Of a stretch of 64,000 bases of DNA, positions 17,126-26,940 are shown one piece after another. Location of the stretch: positions 1,155 to 65,154 of the forward strand of contig JAEZUG010000026.1 in the NCBI GenBank assembly GCA_023421135.1, read 5' to 3'. Numbering within the stretch: the first letter of the stretch is position 1; each line of letters starts with the position of its first letter. The notes under the pieces are model-generated. The model was given only the letters and a program-made list of their open reading frames with translations. It did no database searches and was not told the DNA's origin. The stretch is from Candidatus Cloacimonadota bacterium (GTDB taxonomy: Bacteria; Cloacimonadota; Cloacimonadia; Cloacimonadales; Cloacimonadaceae). Position numbers and translations under genes: made by a program.

Positions 17126-17197
17126 AAGCTAAGATTTTCCTTTACAATAAACCCTTATCCAAAAGACTGGTAAAACTAAATTCATCTGGAGGATGAA

Positions 17198-17467
17198 ATG
17201 CCACTAAAACCTGAGGCTAAACAAGCTATCATGGCAGAGTTTAAACTCCATGAATCAGACACAGGCTCTCCTGAAGTACAGGTTGCCATGCTCACACGTC
17301 GCATTGCCGACATCACTGAGCACTTGAAAGTCCATTCAAAGGACTTTTCAACCCGTAGAGGACTCCTGATTCTGATCGGGCAACGCCGGCGTCTCCTTGA
17401 TTATATGAAGCGGAAAGACATCAATCGTTACCGCACCATTATCAAGGCTCTCGGCATCAGAAAGTAA
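17198..17467 (+). CDS. rpsO: 30S ribosomal protein S15
   Basis: 89 aa. ...[42 protein letters not shown]. Confidence 0.95.
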   Translation: MPLKPEAKQAIMAEFKLHESDTGSPEVQVAMLTRRIADITEHLKVHSKDFSTRRGLLILIGQRRRLLDYMKRKDINRYRTIIKALGIRK

Positions 17468-17680
17468 ACTCGATTAGTCCAAGATACTATACTAGAAAAT
17501 ATGAAGAAGTTGGATTCTCTGAAGACAGAAGCATTAGCAATCTGTAACAGGGAGTCCCTTTTTCATTTTAGGCTAAAACCCCTCCTGCCCGAGAAATGAG
17601 CAATAAGCTAAGGTTGTTTATATCATGACTTTGGCCTATTGCTTCTCTCTCTGGCAGTGATACAAACCAATGGAGAATTA

Positions 17681-19915
17681 ATGCATAATTTCCAAATTAC
17701 CCGTAAAAGCCTGGACTTCTGTGGTCGCACTTTAACCATAGAAACAGGCAGAATGGCCAAACAGGCCAATGGTTCCGTCTTCATTCAATATGGCGATACC
17801 TCGGTTCTCGTTACTGCCACTATGGCCAAAGAAGCCACCATGAACACAGATTTCTTCCCTTTGACAGTTGATTTCATTGAAAAAATGTATGCTTCCGGAA
17901 AGATCCCCGGCGGTTTCTTTAAGCGCGAAACCAAGCCTTCCACCGACGCCACTCTCATGGCACGTGTGATTGATCGTTCCATCCGCCCTCTATTCCCTGA
18001 TGGCTTCCGTAATGCCGTGCATGTGGTGCTAAATGTGCTTTCATACGACGGTGTGAATAATCCTGAAGTATTGGGTGTGTTGGGAGCCTCTGCTGCTCTT
18101 TCAATTTCTGATATTCCCTTCCATGGCCCCATAGCAGGAGTCACTGTTGGATACATCGATGATGAAATCGTTGTAAATCCTACTATCAAGCAGATCAAAG
18201 AAGTCTCCAAGCTCAATCTCGCAGTAGCGGGTAGCGCAACCTCTGTTGTAATGATCGAGTCTGCTGCTGCCGAGCTTGCTGAAGACATTATGCTGGATGC
18301 AGTGTATCAAGGTCATGAAGAGATCAAGAAACTGGTTGCTGTTCAAAACGAAATGGTTTCTGAGATTGGTAAAGCCAAAGTCGAAGTGAACCTCGATGCA
18401 GTCCCTGAAGAGATCATGAGCCGGGTCGAAAACGATTATGGCAAGATCATTGCTGACTCTGCGGTGATTCTTGGTAAGCAAGAGCGTCAGGATGCTTTCG
18501 ACGCTGCTGAAGCTGAGATGCTGGAGAAATATGCAGAAGCTGATGGCGATGAGTACGAAGAAAAAGTTCGGTACTACAAGCAAGCTTTTGAAGAGCTGAT
18601 CAGACGCTACGTTCGTATGTCCATTCTGGATAAGCATCACAGAGTGGATGGCCGCGGTTTGGACGAGATCCGTGATATCACCTGTGAAATCGATGTTCTT
18701 CCTTTGGTTCACGGCTCAGCCCTCTTTACCAGAGGCGAGACTCAATCGCTGGGAACCGTTACCCTGGGTGGTGGCTCTGATGAGCAGATTATTGATACTC
18801 TCGAAGAAGAGTATAAGAAACGTTATTATCTGCATTACAACTTCCCGCCCTTCAGCGTTGGTGAAGCCGGACGCATGGGACCTACCGGGCGCAGAGAGCT
18901 TGGTCATGGAAACTTGGCAGAGAGAGCTTTGGCGACTGTCATCCCTTCAGTTGAGAGTTTCCCATATACGATTCGCCTGGTTTCTGATATTCTGGAGTCC
19001 AATGGCAGTTCTTCCATGGCTTCCATCTGTTCCACTTGTCTGGCCTTAATGGCTGGTGGTGTGCCGATAAAAGCACCGGTTGCCGGTATTGCTAATGGTC
19101 TCATTATGGAAGGAGACAAATGGGTGGTTCTGACCGATATTATGGGTCTGGAAGATCATCTGGGCGACATGGATTTCAAGTGTGCCGGTACTACCGAAGG
19201 TATCACTGCCATGCAGATGGACATCAAGATCGAAGGCATCACCAAAGAAATAATGCGGATAGCCTTGGAAAAAGCTAAAGCTGCCCGTCAACATATCCTT
19301 GGGATTATGGGAGAGTGCTTATCAGGACCCAGAGAGGATCTGAAGCCCTCTGCCCCCAGAATCGAATCCTTCAAGGTTCCCACCGATAAGATCGGTGAGG
19401 TAATAGGACCCGCAGGTAAGATGATCAAATCCATCATTGAACTCTGCAAGGTTCAGGTGGATATCACCGATGATGGTACGGTTCGTATTCTTTCTCCGGA
19501 CAAATCTTCCATAGATAAAGCCAAGTCTATGATCAAAGGCATAGTGGAAGTCCCTGAGATTGGCACTTTATCCGAAGGAATCGTCACAAGGATTGAGAAC
19601 TACGGTGTCTTCGCCAAGATCATGGGTGGTGTGAAAGAAGGTATGGTGCACGTGTCTGAGATGCATACCAGCCGTATCAACCATCCTCTTGATATGGTCA
19701 AACTTGGTGACAAGATTCAGGTTAAGATCTCCAAGATCGAGAATGGTAAGATAGGTCTTTCCATGAAAGGTCTTGAAGGCAATCCTGAGCCTGATCCCAA
19801 TGCTCCCAAGGATCGCCCTGAAATGCATCAACACCGTGATGATCGCGGTGGAGATCGTCGTCCGCCCCGTCGTGATGATCGTGGTGGCAGAGACAGAGAC
19901 AATCGAAGAAGATAG
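17681..19915 (+). CDS. pnp: polyribonucleotide nucleotidyltransferase (PNPase)
   Basis: Two RNase PH domains, KH and S1 domains. Motifs FPLTVDF, GRRELGHG, SNGSSSMA, MDIK. Start set at ATG 17681 (MHNFQI...) rather than the track's TTG 17639. Unusual Arg/Asp-rich C-terminal tail. Confidence 0.95.
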   Translation: MHNFQITRKSLDFCGRTLTIETGRMAKQANGSVFIQYGDTSVLVTATMAKEATMNTDFFPLTVDFIEKMYASGKIPGGFFKRETKPSTDATLMARVIDRSIRPLFPDGFRNAVHVVLNVLSYDGVNNPEVLGVLGASAALSISDIPFHGPIAGVTVGYIDDEIVVNPTIKQIKEVSKLNLAVAGSATSVVMIESAAAELAEDIMLDAVYQGHEEIKKLVAVQNEMVSEIGKAKVEVNLDAVPEEIMSRVENDYGKIIADSAVILGKQERQDAFDAAEAEMLEKYAEADGDEYEEKVRYYKQAFEELIRRYVRMSILDKHHRVDGRGLDEIRDITCEIDVLPLVHGSALFTRGETQSLGTVTLGGGSDEQIIDTLEEEYKKRYYLHYNFPPFSVGEAGRMGPTGRRELGHGNLAERALATVIPSVESFPYTIRLVSDILESNGSSSMASICSTCLALMAGGVPIKAPVAGIANGLIMEGDKWVVLTDIMGLEDHLGDMDFKCAGTTEGITAMQMDIKIEGITKEIMRIALEKAKAARQHILGIMGECLSGPREDLKPSAPRIESFKVPTDKIGEVIGPAGKMIKSIIELCKVQVDITDDGTVRILSPDKSSIDKAKSMIKGIVEVPEIGTLSEGIVTRIENYGVFAKIMGGVKEGMVHVSEMHTSRINHPLDMVKLGDKIQVKISKIENGKIGLSMKGLEGNPEPDPNAPKDRPEMHQHRDDRGGDRRPPRRDDRGGRDRDNRRR

Positions 19916-19954
19916 TTGGCAAGCTTGAATTGCCACTGAAGCTAATACATAATG

Positions 19955-19988
19955 GTGGCAGGCTGAAAGGCTTGCCACTGCTTTATAA
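19955..19988 (+). terminator. probable terminator after pnp
   Basis: GTGGCAGGCT-GAAA-GGCTTGCCAC hairpin (10 bp including G-U pairs) followed by a weak T tract, TGCTTTAT. Confidence 0.45.
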
Positions 19989-20000
19989 AACGAGGAATAA

Positions 20001-21404
20001 ATGGATTACAAGATAGCTGATCTTAGTCTGCATGAATATGGCAGAAAAGAGATAGAAATTGCTGAGATTGAGATGCCAGGGCTTGTTACACTACGTAGCA
20101 AGTATGGTGCTGAGAAGCCTCTAAAAGGTGCCAGGATCACCGGTAGTTTGCACATGACCATACAGACAGCAGTTCTGATCGAGACCTTGGTTGAGCTGGG
20201 TGCATCTGTACGTTGGGCAAGCTGTAATATCTTCAGCACCCAGGATCATGCTGCAGCAGCGATAGCCAAGGCTGGCATTCCGGTTTTTGCCTGGAAAGGT
20301 GAGAACCTGGAGGAGTATTGGTGGTGCACACTTCAAGCTCTGTCCTGGGGTGATGGTGGCCCGGACTTGATAGTTGATGATGGTGGAGATGCTACTCTGA
20401 TGATCCATGAAGGATTTCGTCTGGAAGAAGAATATGCTCACACCGGAGTATTACCCCTGACCGACCAGAATAGCGCGGAATTGGCGATATTACAGGGATT
20501 GCTTTTGCAAGACCTTCCGAACAACCCTCAGAAATGGCACAGAATAGCAAAAGCTATCAAGGGTGTAAGCGAGGAAACTACCACCGGTGTTCACCGGTTG
20601 TATCAGATGCTGGAATCCGGTTCTCTGCTTTTTCCTGCTATCAATGTAAATGACTCTGTTACCAAAAGCAAGTTCGACAATCTCTATGGCTGCAGAGAGT
20701 CTTTGGCAGACGGAATCAAGCGGGGAACAGACGTGATGGTTGCCGGAAAGGTTGTAGTTGTTTGCGGCTATGGCGATGTTGGTAAGGGCTGTGCACAATC
20801 CATGAGAGGTCTGGGAGCCAGAGTTGTGATTACAGAGATAGATCCTATCTGTGCACTTCAAGCCAGTATGGAAGGTTATGAAGTGAACCTTCTGGACAAT
20901 ATGCTGGAAACAGCAGACATTTTCGTTACAGCTACAGGTAATTGCGATGTGATCCGTGCTGACCATATGATGATGATGAAAAACAACGCTATCGTATGCA
21001 ACATCGGACACTTTGATAATGAGATACAGGTGGAGAAGCTTTACCATATTGAAGGTGTAAAGAAGATCAATATCAAACCTCAGGTGGATAAGATCAAGCT
21101 TCCCAACGACAAGTCCATTATTCTGCTTTCAGAAGGCAGGCTGGTGAATCTGGGTAATGCAACCGGGCATCCTTCCTTCGTGATGAGCTGTTCATTCACC
21201 AATCAGGTTCTGGCTCAGATGGATCTCTGGACTCATGATCACGAGATATCAGTCATGACTTTAAGCAAAGAGCTGGATGAAGAAGTCGCAAGGCTGCATC
21301 TGGATAAGCTGGGCGTTAAGCTCACAAAACTTACTGAACGTCAGGCCAGCTATATAGGTGTATCTCCGGATGGGCCTTATAAGCCTGAACACTATCGATA
21401 CTAA
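20001..21404 (+). CDS. ahcY: adenosylhomocysteinase
   Basis: 467 aa. [60 protein letters not shown]-terminus. Confidence 0.95.
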   Translation: MDYKIADLSLHEYGRKEIEIAEIEMPGLVTLRSKYGAEKPLKGARITGSLHMTIQTAVLIETLVELGASVRWASCNIFSTQDHAAAAIAKAGIPVFAWKGENLEEYWWCTLQALSWGDGGPDLIVDDGGDATLMIHEGFRLEEEYAHTGVLPLTDQNSAELAILQGLLLQDLPNNPQKWHRIAKAIKGVSEETTTGVHRLYQMLESGSLLFPAINVNDSVTKSKFDNLYGCRESLADGIKRGTDVMVAGKVVVVCGYGDVGKGCAQSMRGLGARVVITEIDPICALQASMEGYEVNLLDNMLETADIFVTATGNCDVIRADHMMMMKNNAIVCNIGHFDNEIQVEKLYHIEGVKKINIKPQVDKIKLPNDKSIILLSEGRLVNLGNATGHPSFVMSCSFTNQVLAQMDLWTHDHEISVMTLSKELDEEVARLHLDKLGVKLTKLTERQASYIGVSPDGPYKPEHYRY

Positions 21405-21456
21405 GAGAAATGCCCGATCACGGGATTATAGAGATAATGCACTATAAGGAGATTAT

Positions 21457-22755
21457 ATGGAATTAATCAAGAAGATCAAAGACAAGTCCCTCACTGTTGG
21501 CGTGATAGGATTGGGTTATGTAGGATTGCCTATGGCAGTCACCATTGCCAAGAAGGGTTTCAAGGTTATCGGTTTTGAAGTCTCTGATTATGCGATAGAG
21601 CATGTGAATGCCGGAGAGAATTATATCGGCGACGTTACCGACGAGGATCTGAAGAAAGTCGTGAGTAATGGGTTACTTTGCGCCACCAAAGATTATAGCC
21701 GTATCTCAGAAGTACAGGCTATCATGATCGCAGTGCCAACTCCTCTGGATCGTTATCATCAACCAGATGTCACTTTCATCAAGCTGGCAACTCAGGCAAT
21801 GGCACCTCATATCGTTCCCGGAACCCTTGTTGTGCTGGAAAGTACCACATATCCAGGAACCACCCGTGAGATCATCCTTCCTGAGTTTGAGAAACAGGGC
21901 TTGATAGTTGGTGAGACTGTGTTCTTAGCCTTTTCTCCTGAAAGGGTTGATCCGGGTAATGAAACCTATAAGACTCACAATACTCCCAAGGTTGTGGGGG
22001 GTATTACTCCAAAGTGTAATGAGGTATCCAAAGCTTTATACGAGAGTATTCTTGATGCTCCCGTCCACTGTGTATCATCACCTGAAGTGGCGGAGATGGA
22101 GAAGATTTATGAGAATACCTTCCGTAATATCAATATAGCTCTTGCCAATGAGATGACAGTTCTCTGCGAGAGAATGGGCATCAGCATTTGGGAAGTGATA
22201 GACGCTGCCAAGACCAAGCCTTACGGTTTCATGGCCTTCTATCCCGGGCCTGGAGTAGGTGGTCACTGTATCCCCATCGATCCCTTCTACCTTACATGGA
22301 AAGCCAGGGAGTTTGAGTTCCATACCCGTCTGATCGAACTGGCTGGAGAAATCAATATAGACATGCCTGAATATGTGGTTCAGAGAGCCATCAAAGTTCT
22401 TAACCGCAAAGGTATTGCCATCTCCAGAGCAAAGATCTTGCTGCTGGGTGCCGCCTACAAGAAAGATATCCGTGATATGCGTGAATCCCCAGTGGAACAG
22501 GTGATCGAGCAGCTTGAGGCTCATGATGCTGATTTTGAGATTCATGATCCCTACGTGGAAGAATTTCACAATGAAAGAAACGGTAAGACCTATGACACTA
22601 TTGCTCTGGGTAACCTGATCAAATACGATCTGATTATTGTGATTACAGACCACTCCTGCGTAGATTATAAAGCTATTGCCGAGAGCGGTGTGAGTGTTCT
22701 TGACACCCGAAATGCCTTCAAGGGTATCAAGGCAGAAAACGTTGAGATTCTCTAA
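21457..22755 (+). CDS. nucleotide-sugar dehydrogenase (UDP-ManNAc/UDP-GlcNAc dehydrogenase-like, WecC/TviB type)
   Basis: N-terminal GLGYVGLP Rossmann motif. Catalytic GPGVGGHCIPIDP. Same family as the downstream Ugd but a different subfamily. Confidence 0.85.
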   Translation: MELIKKIKDKSLTVGVIGLGYVGLPMAVTIAKKGFKVIGFEVSDYAIEHVNAGENYIGDVTDEDLKKVVSNGLLCATKDYSRISEVQAIMIAVPTPLDRYHQPDVTFIKLATQAMAPHIVPGTLVVLESTTYPGTTREIILPEFEKQGLIVGETVFLAFSPERVDPGNETYKTHNTPKVVGGITPKCNEVSKALYESILDAPVHCVSSPEVAEMEKIYENTFRNINIALANEMTVLCERMGISIWEVIDAAKTKPYGFMAFYPGPGVGGHCIPIDPFYLTWKAREFEFHTRLIELAGEINIDMPEYVVQRAIKVLNRKGIAISRAKILLLGAAYKKDIRDMRESPVEQVIEQLEAHDADFEIHDPYVEEFHNERNGKTYDTIALGNLIKYDLIIVITDHSCVDYKAIAESGVSVLDTRNAFKGIKAENVEIL

Positions 22756-22771
22756 GAGACAAGATATACAT

Positions 22772-22805
22772 GCAAAGCCCGTATTCTATGCGGGCTTTGC
22801 TTTCT
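22772..22805 (+). terminator. rho-independent terminator between the dehydrogenase and the UpxY-like gene
   Basis: Perfect 10-bp stem GCAAAGCCCG/CGGGCTTTGC, 9-nt loop, then TTTCT. Confidence 0.75.
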
Positions 22806-22811
22806 AGTGAA

Positions 22812-23384
22812 ATGGCGACTCATAAACCCGTCACAATTGATGAACTCTTTGGCAAGCTGGAGCAAAACCAGACTGAGCTCTGGTATGTGATTCATACCAA
22901 GCCCCGCCAGGAAAAGAAGCTGGCAGGATTCTGCCATACGGAAGGTATGTGGTATTACCTGCCCCAGATGCCCAGAGAACATCTCTATAACCATCGAAAA
23001 GTCATGTTCGATGTACCTATGTTTCCTGGATATATCTTTACCAGTCTGGATGAGGAAAAACGTGAGAGAATAAAGTATTCAGGGGCTATCGTAAACATCA
23101 TCAAAGTTAAGAATCAGAAGGCTCTGCTATCTGAATTGAATAGTATTCTCTTAAGCAAACAGAAGCATCTGGATTTTGAAGCAGCAGTCTGGTTGGATAA
23201 AGGTCTTGAAGTAATGGTAATCAAAGGCCCACTCAAAGGAATCAGGGGCGTTGTGGAGAGTCACACCAAGCTGGAAGAAGTCCAGCTTCAAATTGATATC
23301 CTCAGGCAAGCAGTACGCGTGAAAGTAAAAGCGGATCAGCTTAGAATACTGGGAGATTACAAGATAGTGGAGAGCGAAGCATGA
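22812..23384 (+). CDS. UpxY-family NusG-like transcription antiterminator
   Basis: NGN domain WYVIHTKPRQEKKLAGF. KOW-like VMVIKGPLKGIRGVVE. Start moved to ATG 22812 because the track's ATG 22770 lies inside the terminator hairpin. Confidence 0.7.
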   Translation: MATHKPVTIDELFGKLEQNQTELWYVIHTKPRQEKKLAGFCHTEGMWYYLPQMPREHLYNHRKVMFDVPMFPGYIFTSLDEEKRERIKYSGAIVNIIKVKNQKALLSELNSILLSKQKHLDFEAAVWLDKGLEVMVIKGPLKGIRGVVESHTKLEEVQLQIDILRQAVRVKVKADQLRILGDYKIVESEA

Positions 23385-24310
23385 AGATAGTAGTAACAGG
23401 TGGAGCAGGGTTTATCGGTTCAAACGTAGTTGATGCCTTCCTGGGTGCCGGTCATGAAGTAGTAGTAATTGATAACTTGAGTACTGGTTACAGGCATAAC
23501 ATCAATCCATCAGCAAAGTTCTATGAGATGGATATTTGTTCCTCGGAACTGACCTCAGTTCTGCAAAAAGAGGAAGCAGACATCATTTGTCACCATGCTG
23601 CTCAAGCCAGTGTTCCAGTTTCGGTAAAAGACCCCTTATACGATGCTAACACAAATGTTATGGGCTTCATCAACCTTTTGCAGGGTGCTGTGATAAACAG
23701 AGTGAAGAAAGTAATCTTTATCTCCAGTGGTGGTGCTTTGTATGGAGAAGCAGAAGAGTATCCCACTACAGAAAACTATCAGCCTGTACCTCTATCTGTA
23801 TATGCTATAAACAAAATGGTTGGCGAGATCTATCTACATTTTTACAAACACCAATATGGCTTGGACTACACAGTTCTACGCTATGCCAATGTCTATGGCC
23901 CCAGACAGGTTTCGCACGGTGAAGCAGGGGTTGTCTCCATCTTCATCGAAAAGCTTCTCGGAGGTGAAACACCAACCATCAATCGTTACGAGGATCAGCC
24001 TAATGGAATGATTCGAGACTATGTCTTTGTTCAGGATGTGGTCAAAGCCAATCTGGCAGCGCTGGAAAGGGGAAGCGGAGAAGCCTTCAATATAGGCACA
24101 TGCATTCCCACATCTACTCTCACATTGTACAATGAGATTTGTCTCCAACTTGGTATCGTTACCGAGCCATACTTTGCACTGGCCAGGTTGGGAGACCTGA
24201 AAAACAGTTTATTGAACTATGACAAGGCTGCCAGTGTTCTGGGCTGGAAACCAGATTACAGCTTAGCTTCTGGCATAGCTGAAACGATCAAGTATTTTAA
24301 GAATAAGTAG
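23381..24310 (+). CDS. NAD-dependent epimerase/dehydratase (extended SDR, GalE-like)
   Basis: VTGGAGFIGSN, SSGGALYG, catalytic YAINK. Start overlaps the upstream stop. Confidence 0.85.
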   Translation: MKIVVTGGAGFIGSNVVDAFLGAGHEVVVIDNLSTGYRHNINPSAKFYEMDICSSELTSVLQKEEADIICHHAAQASVPVSVKDPLYDANTNVMGFINLLQGAVINRVKKVIFISSGGALYGEAEEYPTTENYQPVPLSVYAINKMVGEIYLHFYKHQYGLDYTVLRYANVYGPRQVSHGEAGVVSIFIEKLLGGETPTINRYEDQPNGMIRDYVFVQDVVKANLAALERGSGEAFNIGTCIPTSTLTLYNEICLQLGIVTEPYFALARLGDLKNSLLNYDKAASVLGWKPDYSLASGIAETIKYFKNK

Positions 24311-24319
24311 AGGTTTACA

Positions 24320-25645
24320 ATGAAACTCGCTGTTATAGGCACTGGGTATGTGGGCTTGGTGACAGGCACTTGCTTTGCCGAAATGGGGAACAACGTAGTC
24401 TGTGTTGATAATGATCTGAAGAAAATAGATATGCTCAACAACGGCAAAATACCCATTTGGGAGCCTGGTTTGGAAGAGATGGTGCGCCGTAATCATCAGG
24501 AAGGCCGGCTTAGCTTCACTGCAGACCTTCAAACAGCCGTAAAGAACTCTCTGATGCTCTTTATTGCAGTTGGAACCCCTCCCGGTGAAGACGGCTCGGC
24601 CGATCTGCAGTATGTGCTTCAAGTGGCTGCAGGTATAGCAGAAGCTATGGATGGATATAGAATCATAGTAAATAAGTCCACTGTTCCAGTGGGCACGGCA
24701 GATCTGGTGAGAAGAACCATCAGTGATATACTGGAAATGCGTGAACTGGATGCAGGGTTTGATGTTGTATCAAATCCTGAATTCCTGAAGGAAGGAGCTG
24801 CGATAGATGACTTTATGAAGCCCGACCGAGTGATTGTTGGCACAGATAAGAAAGAAGTCGCAGACCTGATGAGAGAGCTCTATGCTCCATTCAACAGAAC
24901 CACAAATCGCGTGATAACCATGTCCATCAAATCTGCTGAGATGACCAAATACGCAGCCAATGCCATGCTTGCCACCAAGATCTCCTTTATGAATGAGATT
25001 GCCCGTCTCTGTGACAAATTGGGTGCTGATGTAGCAGAAGTGAGAAACGGGATTGGTAGCGATAGTAGAATAGGCTACAAGTTCATTTACCCCGGTGTCG
25101 GCTACGGGGGATCCTGCTTCCCCAAAGATGTTAAAGCACTAATTCACATGTCCAATAAGAACTCACTGGATGCCAAAGTCTTAACGGCTGTCGAAGAAGT
25201 GAACATCGAGCAGAAACGCATCCTGGTTGATAAACTAATTAATCGTTTTGGAAAGGATCTATCCGGCAAGTGCTTTGCCATTTGGGGGCTAGCCTTCAAG
25301 CCCCAAACTGACGACATGCGGGAAGCACCATCAGTAGTGATCATCAAAGAGCTTCTATCTTTGGGTGCCAAGCTCCGGCTCTACGATCCGGTAGCTATGA
25401 ATGAATCCAAAAAGATTGTCCCGGAGAGCGATAGAACATGCTACTGCGACAATGAGTATGACTCTCTGGAGGGATCGGATGCCATGCTCTTAATCACTGA
25501 ATGGCATCAATTCAGATACCCGGATTTTGAAAGAATGAAATCACTTCTGGTTCAACCGATCATCTTCGATGGCAGGAATCAGTATGATGTTAAACAACTG
25601 AATGAGCTGGGATTTGAGTATTACTGTATAGGTCGAGGGAACTAA
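24320..25645 (+). CDS. ugd: UDP-glucose 6-dehydrogenase
   Basis: [58 protein letters not shown]. Confidence 0.92.
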   Translation: MKLAVIGTGYVGLVTGTCFAEMGNNVVCVDNDLKKIDMLNNGKIPIWEPGLEEMVRRNHQEGRLSFTADLQTAVKNSLMLFIAVGTPPGEDGSADLQYVLQVAAGIAEAMDGYRIIVNKSTVPVGTADLVRRTISDILEMRELDAGFDVVSNPEFLKEGAAIDDFMKPDRVIVGTDKKEVADLMRELYAPFNRTTNRVITMSIKSAEMTKYAANAMLATKISFMNEIARLCDKLGADVAEVRNGIGSDSRIGYKFIYPGVGYGGSCFPKDVKALIHMSNKNSLDAKVLTAVEEVNIEQKRILVDKLINRFGKDLSGKCFAIWGLAFKPQTDDMREAPSVVIIKELLSLGAKLRLYDPVAMNESKKIVPESDRTCYCDNEYDSLEGSDAMLLITEWHQFRYPDFERMKSLLVQPIIFDGRNQYDVKQLNELGFEYYCIGRGN

Positions 25646-25664
25646 CTACAAACTACAATGAATT

Positions 25665-25702
25665 ATGGGCACTGCTATCCAGAGATCGCAGTGCCCATTT
25701 TA
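25665..25702 (+). terminator. terminator hairpin in the convergent gap ugd / thioredoxin
   Basis: ATGGGCACTGC-loop-GCAGTGCCCAT followed by TTTATT. It abuts the thioredoxin stop on the other strand, so it may act for both genes. Confidence 0.7.
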
Positions 25703-26014
25703 TTATTGAGTTAACTGGCTCAGTTTAGAAGAGAGAATTGGTTCTGTCAATACTCCAACCAGCATCTCTTTCATTTCACCATTTCTAAAGAATAGAGAGC
25801 TGGGCACACTACTGATCTTATAGCCATCAGCAAGCTTGGGAAACTTATCCACGTCAACTTTCACAATCTGTACAGATTGATGCTTGAGGGATAGCTGCTC
25901 CAGAGTGGCCTGATAATTGCTGCAAGGCTTGCACCACTCAGCAAAAAAGACCAGAACCCTGGGCTCCGGGGATTCCAAAATCTCCAGATTGTCATTCGAT
26001 AAATATATAATCAT
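25703..26014 (-). CDS. thioredoxin-family protein
   Basis: 103 aa. Active site WCKPC. ...VDVD....LA..Y.I.SVPS...F.NG pattern. Confidence 0.8.
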   Translation of the reverse strand: MIIYLSNDNLEILESPEPRVLVFFAEWCKPCSNYQATLEQLSLKHQSVQIVKVDVDKFPKLADGYKISSVPSSLFFRNGEMKEMLVGVLTEPILSSKLSQLTQ

Positions 26015-26097
26015 GCTTATCTGCTCCTGTCGTCTTCGTATCTGAAGACATTATAAGCAGATGAGCGCTCCAGGCAAACTGCCCTTGTTGTGGCGGA

Positions 26098-26934
26098 CTA
26101 GATACCTGCAGTAGAAGCCAGCGTGACAAGTGCCATCACAGCCTCAAAGATCACGCTATAGTCATTATCGGTATAGCTTACAGTACGGCCATCCAAACGC
26201 TTCACATAGGGCATCAGGCAAGCCTGATCTGTCATGGCAGTAGAGTGAAACTCTATCTTGAGCTCATAGGGACTTTCCAGCTTGTAAAGTGGATAGATTG
26301 GATGCTTGAGGGCAGAATGTACTGCAGTAATAAACTCTCGCTGAACTTTATGGCGGGGATAAAGCTTGGCAGAGAATTTGGAATGAGCTTCCTTGGTGCA
26401 GACATAGTGCAGCCAGGGCATAGCATCGGGATCCAATAGCTCATTCTGCAGCGCCAGATCCCCACTCACCAGACTCACGGGAATACCCAGTGAGCCGGCA
26501 TAAGCCGCATTGATCAAGGCTTCGCTCATCCGGATGCCATTGATCCAGATCTTCTGAATTCTGCTATTGGAGTAACTGTGATCCATGTTACCCTTCAAAG
26601 CTCCCGTGCCAGCGTGATAACCCAAGAGCATCACCTGGCTAAAGCTACTATCCAGCATGGGCATCATATAAAAGGGTCTGGGTCCTCCGGAGATTAAATT
26701 GACCCGGTCATCCAGGGCTGTAACTGAATAATCCAGATTATCACCGGCGGAGTGAGAATCCGCTATGAGAATCTCAGTGATCTCGCCGTTCTGAGCACTA
26801 CTCTTTACTGCCTCGATCAGATCTGTCACATGATCCATCATTGCCTGTCTCACTGCCGCCCGGTTGCTCTTCTCTTGCTCCCAGTTGAAGGTTCCGGGCA
26901 TTCCTTCCATATCGATAGATACATAAAGCTTCAT
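26098..26934 (-). CDS. M55-family D-aminopeptidase (DppA-like)
   Basis: MKLYVSIDMEGMPG start, ADSHSAG, GYHAGTG. Confidence 0.8.
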   Translation of the reverse strand: MKLYVSIDMEGMPGTFNWEQEKSNRAAVRQAMMDHVTDLIEAVKSSAQNGEITEILIADSHSAGDNLDYSVTALDDRVNLISGGPRPFYMMPMLDSSFSQVMLLGYHAGTGALKGNMDHSYSNSRIQKIWINGIRMSEALINAAYAGSLGIPVSLVSGDLALQNELLDPDAMPWLHYVCTKEAHSKFSAKLYPRHKVQREFITAVHSALKHPIYPLYKLESPYELKIEFHSTAMTDQACLMPYVKRLDGRTVSYTDNDYSVIFEAVMALVTLASTAGI

Positions 26935-26940
26935 ATTGAT

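Noticed and set aside
16593-17197. A classical integrase-mediated genomic island at the ssrA 3' end.
   Set aside because: I found no integrase and no direct repeat of the tmRNA 3' end downstream. The insert is a single small gene with inverted (not direct) flanking repeats.
17639-17680. TTG-started extension of pnp (MLLSLAVIQTNGEL...).
   Set aside because: PNPases start close to the MxxFxI...GR block. ATG 17681 gives the family-typical N-terminus.
19916-20000. SAH riboswitch upstream of ahcY.
   Set aside because: Only 85 nt are available, mostly taken by the pnp terminator hairpin, and no SAH-riboswitch conserved strings were seen.
22770-22811. ATG 22770 as the start of the NusG-like gene.
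   Set aside because: These codons are the two arms of a perfect 10-bp terminator hairpin. ATG 22812 gives a normal NGN-domain start.
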